This document shows positions 61,515-64,000 of a DNA stretch of 64,000 bases, one piece after another. The notes under the pieces are model-generated. The model was not told the origin of the DNA. It saw nothing but the letters and a program-made list of their open reading frames with translations, and searched no databases. Position 1 is the stretch's first letter. Every line of letters begins with the position of its first letter. A program made the position numbers and the translations under genes. This DNA comes from a virus (lineage: Duplodnaviria; Caudoviricetes): positions 274 through 64,273 of IMG/VR virus record IMGVR_UViG_2775507102_000001. One strand, 5' to 3'.

Positions 61515-61780
61515 AGCGCACCTCCCATGGCCTCGAATGCGGCGCGTCGTTCGCGGTCGGACTGGAGGGCGGTCCACCAGCAGTAGAAGAGGGCGTCCAG
61601 CGCGGCCGGCTTCTCCTCGTCGGGCAGGCAGTCGAAGGCGATCCGGCCGATCTCCTCGACCTCGAAGCCCTCCGGGTGCGTCTCGGTCAGCAGCTCCTCC
61701 GCCTCGTTCCAGACGGCCTGGAACGCGGACAGCTGCGGGAGCTTCGCGGTGATCTCGTCGAACGGGGTCAGGTCGTTCAC
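61511..61780 (-). CDS. Acidic hypothetical protein
   Basis: 89 aa. Confidence 0.7.
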   Translation of the reverse strand: MNDLTPFDEITAKLPQLSAFQAVWNEAEELLTETHPEGFEVEEIGRIAFDCLPDEEKPAALDALFYCWWTALQSDRERRAAFEAMGGAL

Positions 61781-62100
61781 GACGCACCGCCCTCAAGCAG
61801 TGCGCCGATCGCGGCGACGACGTCGGACACGGCCTGGTTGTACGCCTCGTCCTCCGGCGTGCCGGTGTCCTCGTGCAGGTACTCGCTGCGGGCGGCCTCG
61901 ATCGCCTCGTTCACAACAGAGGGGCGCGCTTCGCGTCGCCCCTCAAGCAGCGACTCGGCGATCAGCTCGTCCAGGGTGTCCACGGCGTCGCGGGCATCGC
62001 CCGAAGCGAGCGTCGACTTCAGTAGGTGCGCCAGCTCTTCACGCAGTTCGGCGCGACGGCTGGGGCTAGAAGGGTCCGGACTCTGAGAAGATGTGGACAT
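61777..62100 (-). CDS. Hypothetical protein
   Basis: 107 aa; AGGAG RBS. Confidence 0.65.
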   Translation of the reverse strand: MSTSSQSPDPSSPSRRAELREELAHLLKSTLASGDARDAVDTLDELIAESLLEGRREARPSVVNEAIEAARSEYLHEDTGTPEDEAYNQAVSDVVAAIGALLEGGAS

Positions 62101-62189
62101 GGTCCACGCTCCTGTTCTTCAGGGTTCTGGTGGTGTGGATCGAGGCCGTTCCCCGTGCTTGGCCGTTCGGGGGGCGGCCTCTTTGCCGC

Positions 62190-62414
62190 TCAGGCGGCGG
62201 CGCGGGCCGGCTTGTCGTCGGCGGTTTCGCCGTTGAGCCAGGCGTCGAGGTCGCTGACCTTGTAGGCGTAGCGGCGGAGCCCGTGGCGCTTGCCCTTCGG
62301 GCCGACTCCTTCACTGCGCCACCGGTAGAGGGTGACGACGTGGACGCCGAGGTAGTCGGCGGCGTCGGCGCTCCAGAGCCATCCCTTCGGCGGAGGCTTG
62401 GGCTTGTTCGGCAT
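62190..62414 (-). CDS. AlpA/excisionase-like HTH protein
   Basis: 74 aa; WLWSADAADYLGVHVVTLYRWRSEGVGP...YKVSDLDAWL. Confidence 0.85.
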   Translation of the reverse strand: MPNKPKPPPKGWLWSADAADYLGVHVVTLYRWRSEGVGPKGKRHGLRRYAYKVSDLDAWLNGETADDKPARAAA

Positions 62415-62418
62415 CGGT

Positions 62419-62715
62419 CTATTCCTTACCTGTGGGGGTGGATGATCGAGACGTTCGTTTCTGATCTGGAGACGACGGAGGCGCGAAAAGGGGCCATATG
62501 GCACTACCGACGGCCTCCGCGAGGGCTGTCGCGTCATCGACGTCCGCGTTGTCCTGCCTGCCGGTCAGGAGCTTCTCTATGACTCCCTGGCTGACTCCGG
62601 ACTCTTCGGCCAGGGAACGGACCGAGAAGGGTTGCCCTCGACCCGGAAACTCCATGTAGTGCTTGAAGATCAGGATGCTGCGCAGGGTCCAGCGCCTGCT
62701 TGCACGTCGGCTCAC
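62419..62715 (-). CDS. Cro-like XRE HTH protein
   Basis: FSVRSLAEESGVSQGVIEKLLTG; first gene of leftward early operon. Confidence 0.8.
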   Translation of the reverse strand: MSRRASRRWTLRSILIFKHYMEFPGRGQPFSVRSLAEESGVSQGVIEKLLTGRQDNADVDDATALAEAVGSAIWPLFAPPSSPDQKRTSRSSTPTGKE

Positions 62716-62773
62716 GATGCCCCCGAGTGGTGCGGAACTGTTTGCCTAACAGAGCAAAGCATAGTGGAGCCGA

Positions 62774-62851
62774 TTCGTCTACAGATCCGAGACGATCCGC
62801 CGACGACTATCAGCAAAGTTCTTGTCTAGATAGCATTGATCTGTAGACGAA
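62774..62851. promoter_or_regulatory. Immunity-region operator pair
   Basis: Perfect 14-bp inverted repeat TTCGTCTACAGATC (62774-62787) / GATCTGTAGACGAA (62838-62851) in AT-richer divergent gap. Confidence 0.65.
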
Positions 62852-62958
62852 CTGTCTCGGATCTCAGATGGTTGTACGGACTGAGCTGGTACTTTCCACC
62901 AGCACGCCACCCCCCTAGAGAGACAGTCGGTACTCAAGTGACTCAAGAGGAAGAGGAC

Positions 62959-63390
62959 ATGACGGCAGCCGCCCAAGACCGTCCGACCGGTACGGGCGAG
63001 CCAAGCCCCCGAGGTGCACTCTCGCAGCTCATCCAGGACGCCAACGACCGCGGCCTGTCCTACGCCAAGATGTCCGAGCGAGCCGTCGACCCGGACACTG
63101 GCACCAAACTGTCCAAGCCCTACCTCCAGCGCCTCGTCACCAACCCTCCAGCCAACGCGCCCAGCCCGGCCCAAATGCGAGCCATAGCCGAGGCCCTGCG
63201 CATCAGCGAGCGGCGCGTCAAGGCCGCCGCAGCCGAGCAATGGCTGGAATACAAAGCAACAGAGCTGGCGGGCTACAACGACGACGTGCGCATCATCGTC
63301 GCCCACCTCGGGGACATGTCCGAGCCTGAACTGCGCCGTTGGCGGGCGATGATTGAGGCCGACGAGCGAGCGCGCCGCGAAGGCGAGTAG
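62959..63390 (+). CDS. CI-like prophage repressor
   Basis: ATG 62959 with GAGG RBS; 143 aa; HTH-like GLSYAKMSERA...LSKPYLQRL; divergent from Cro-like gene. Confidence 0.75.
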   Translation: MTAAAQDRPTGTGEPSPRGALSQLIQDANDRGLSYAKMSERAVDPDTGTKLSKPYLQRLVTNPPANAPSPAQMRAIAEALRISERRVKAAAAEQWLEYKATELAGYNDDVRIIVAHLGDMSEPELRRWRAMIEADERARREGE

Positions 63391-63550
63391 CACCGGACCC
63401 CGAAGCGGCGGCGGCACGTGACTGAAAAAGTCCCTAAGTAGACATTCATCAGAACGGATTGTCGCCGTCTGCTCACCGGACGTACCCTTCCACAACCGTG
63501 TGCCCCCGGCACACGGTTGCCCAAGTGCAACGCACCAACGGGAGGGCGCC

Positions 63551-64000
63551 ATGCTGCGCGTCGAGTACGAAGCCACCGAAAGCCTGCCTCCTGGGCAACT
63601 GGTCGACATAACCGAATCTCGCGGCCGGGTGGACGTCAAGATCCGCCAAGACGCCGACGCCCACGAGTACACAGCGGCCCTCAATGTCGCACTGAAACTT
63701 TTCCTCGCCGACTGCAACTGGTTCCAGATCTGGCGCGGCAGGGTGATCAGCGCCCACTCCCCCGACAGCCCGCTCACTGTTGAGTACCAGGTGGACGACC
63801 AGATCGACCGGCGCAAGTGCGTGGAGGTCCGCGAGTCCTGCGGCCACGTGGTAGTGCACGTCGCCAGATCCGCGACAGTTGCCGACTTCGTCAACGCCAT
63901 CAACCCCTCGACCGAAGCTTTCCTGGCCGGCGGGCAGTGGTTCCAGCTTTGGCAGGGTGAGATCATCACGATGGACTCCCCAGGCAGCGCCGCTGCCTGA
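63551..64000 (+). CDS. Hypothetical protein (internal two-fold repeat) downstream of repressor
   Basis: 149 aa; GGAGG RBS; both halves end WFQ.W.G.(V/I)I. Confidence 0.8.
   Translation: MLRVEYEATESLPPGQLVDITESRGRVDVKIRQDADAHEYTAALNVALKLFLADCNWFQIWRGRVISAHSPDSPLTVEYQVDDQIDRRKCVEVRESCGHVVVHVARSATVADFVNAINPSTEAFLAGGQWFQLWQGEIITMDSPGSAAA

Larger units (their letters stand above)
1..64000. mobile_element. Temperate siphovirus-like prophage of a Streptomyces-like host (ends not seen), carrying a conjugation module
   Basis: Complete syntenic head-tail-lysis module, replication/recombination genes and immunity switch; no host housekeeping gene recognised. Confidence 0.93.

Noticed and set aside
1-64000. 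tRNA/rRNA genes, parAB, transposases, inteins in terminase or helicase
   Set aside because: None recognised by eye; terminase and helicase lengths are ordinary. A tRNAscan/Infernal run was not possible

Overview
High-GC, Streptomyces-type DNA containing most of a temperate siphophage (prophage). Almost all real genes are on the minus strand. Read right to left: an immunity switch (CI-like +, Cro-like -), early genes (RecE/RecT-like pair, adenine and cytosine MTases, replication initiator with internal iterons, helicase loader, DnaB-like helicase, a PP-loop/PAPS-reductase-like enzyme, LuxR), then an ~11-kb accessory block, then a late operon (glycan-active appendage genes, HNH, terminase, portal, capsid, a glycosyltransferase, tail with a -1 frameshift chaperone, tape measure, lysis), a Cre-like recombinase and small accessory genes. 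The most striking feature is inside the accessory block: a Streptomyces plasmid/AICE-type conjugation module (TraB FtsK-family translocase, Spd-like membrane proteins, KorSA-like GntR with palindromic operators, and 8-bp direct repeats right after traB resembling a clt locus) with no integrase or Rep of its own, suggesting a phage genome that can also move by conjugation. The prophage ends, att sites and main integrase are not visible in the window. All family names come from my own motif recognition, not database searches. Several starts were moved from the ORF track to codons with a better RBS or promoter context.
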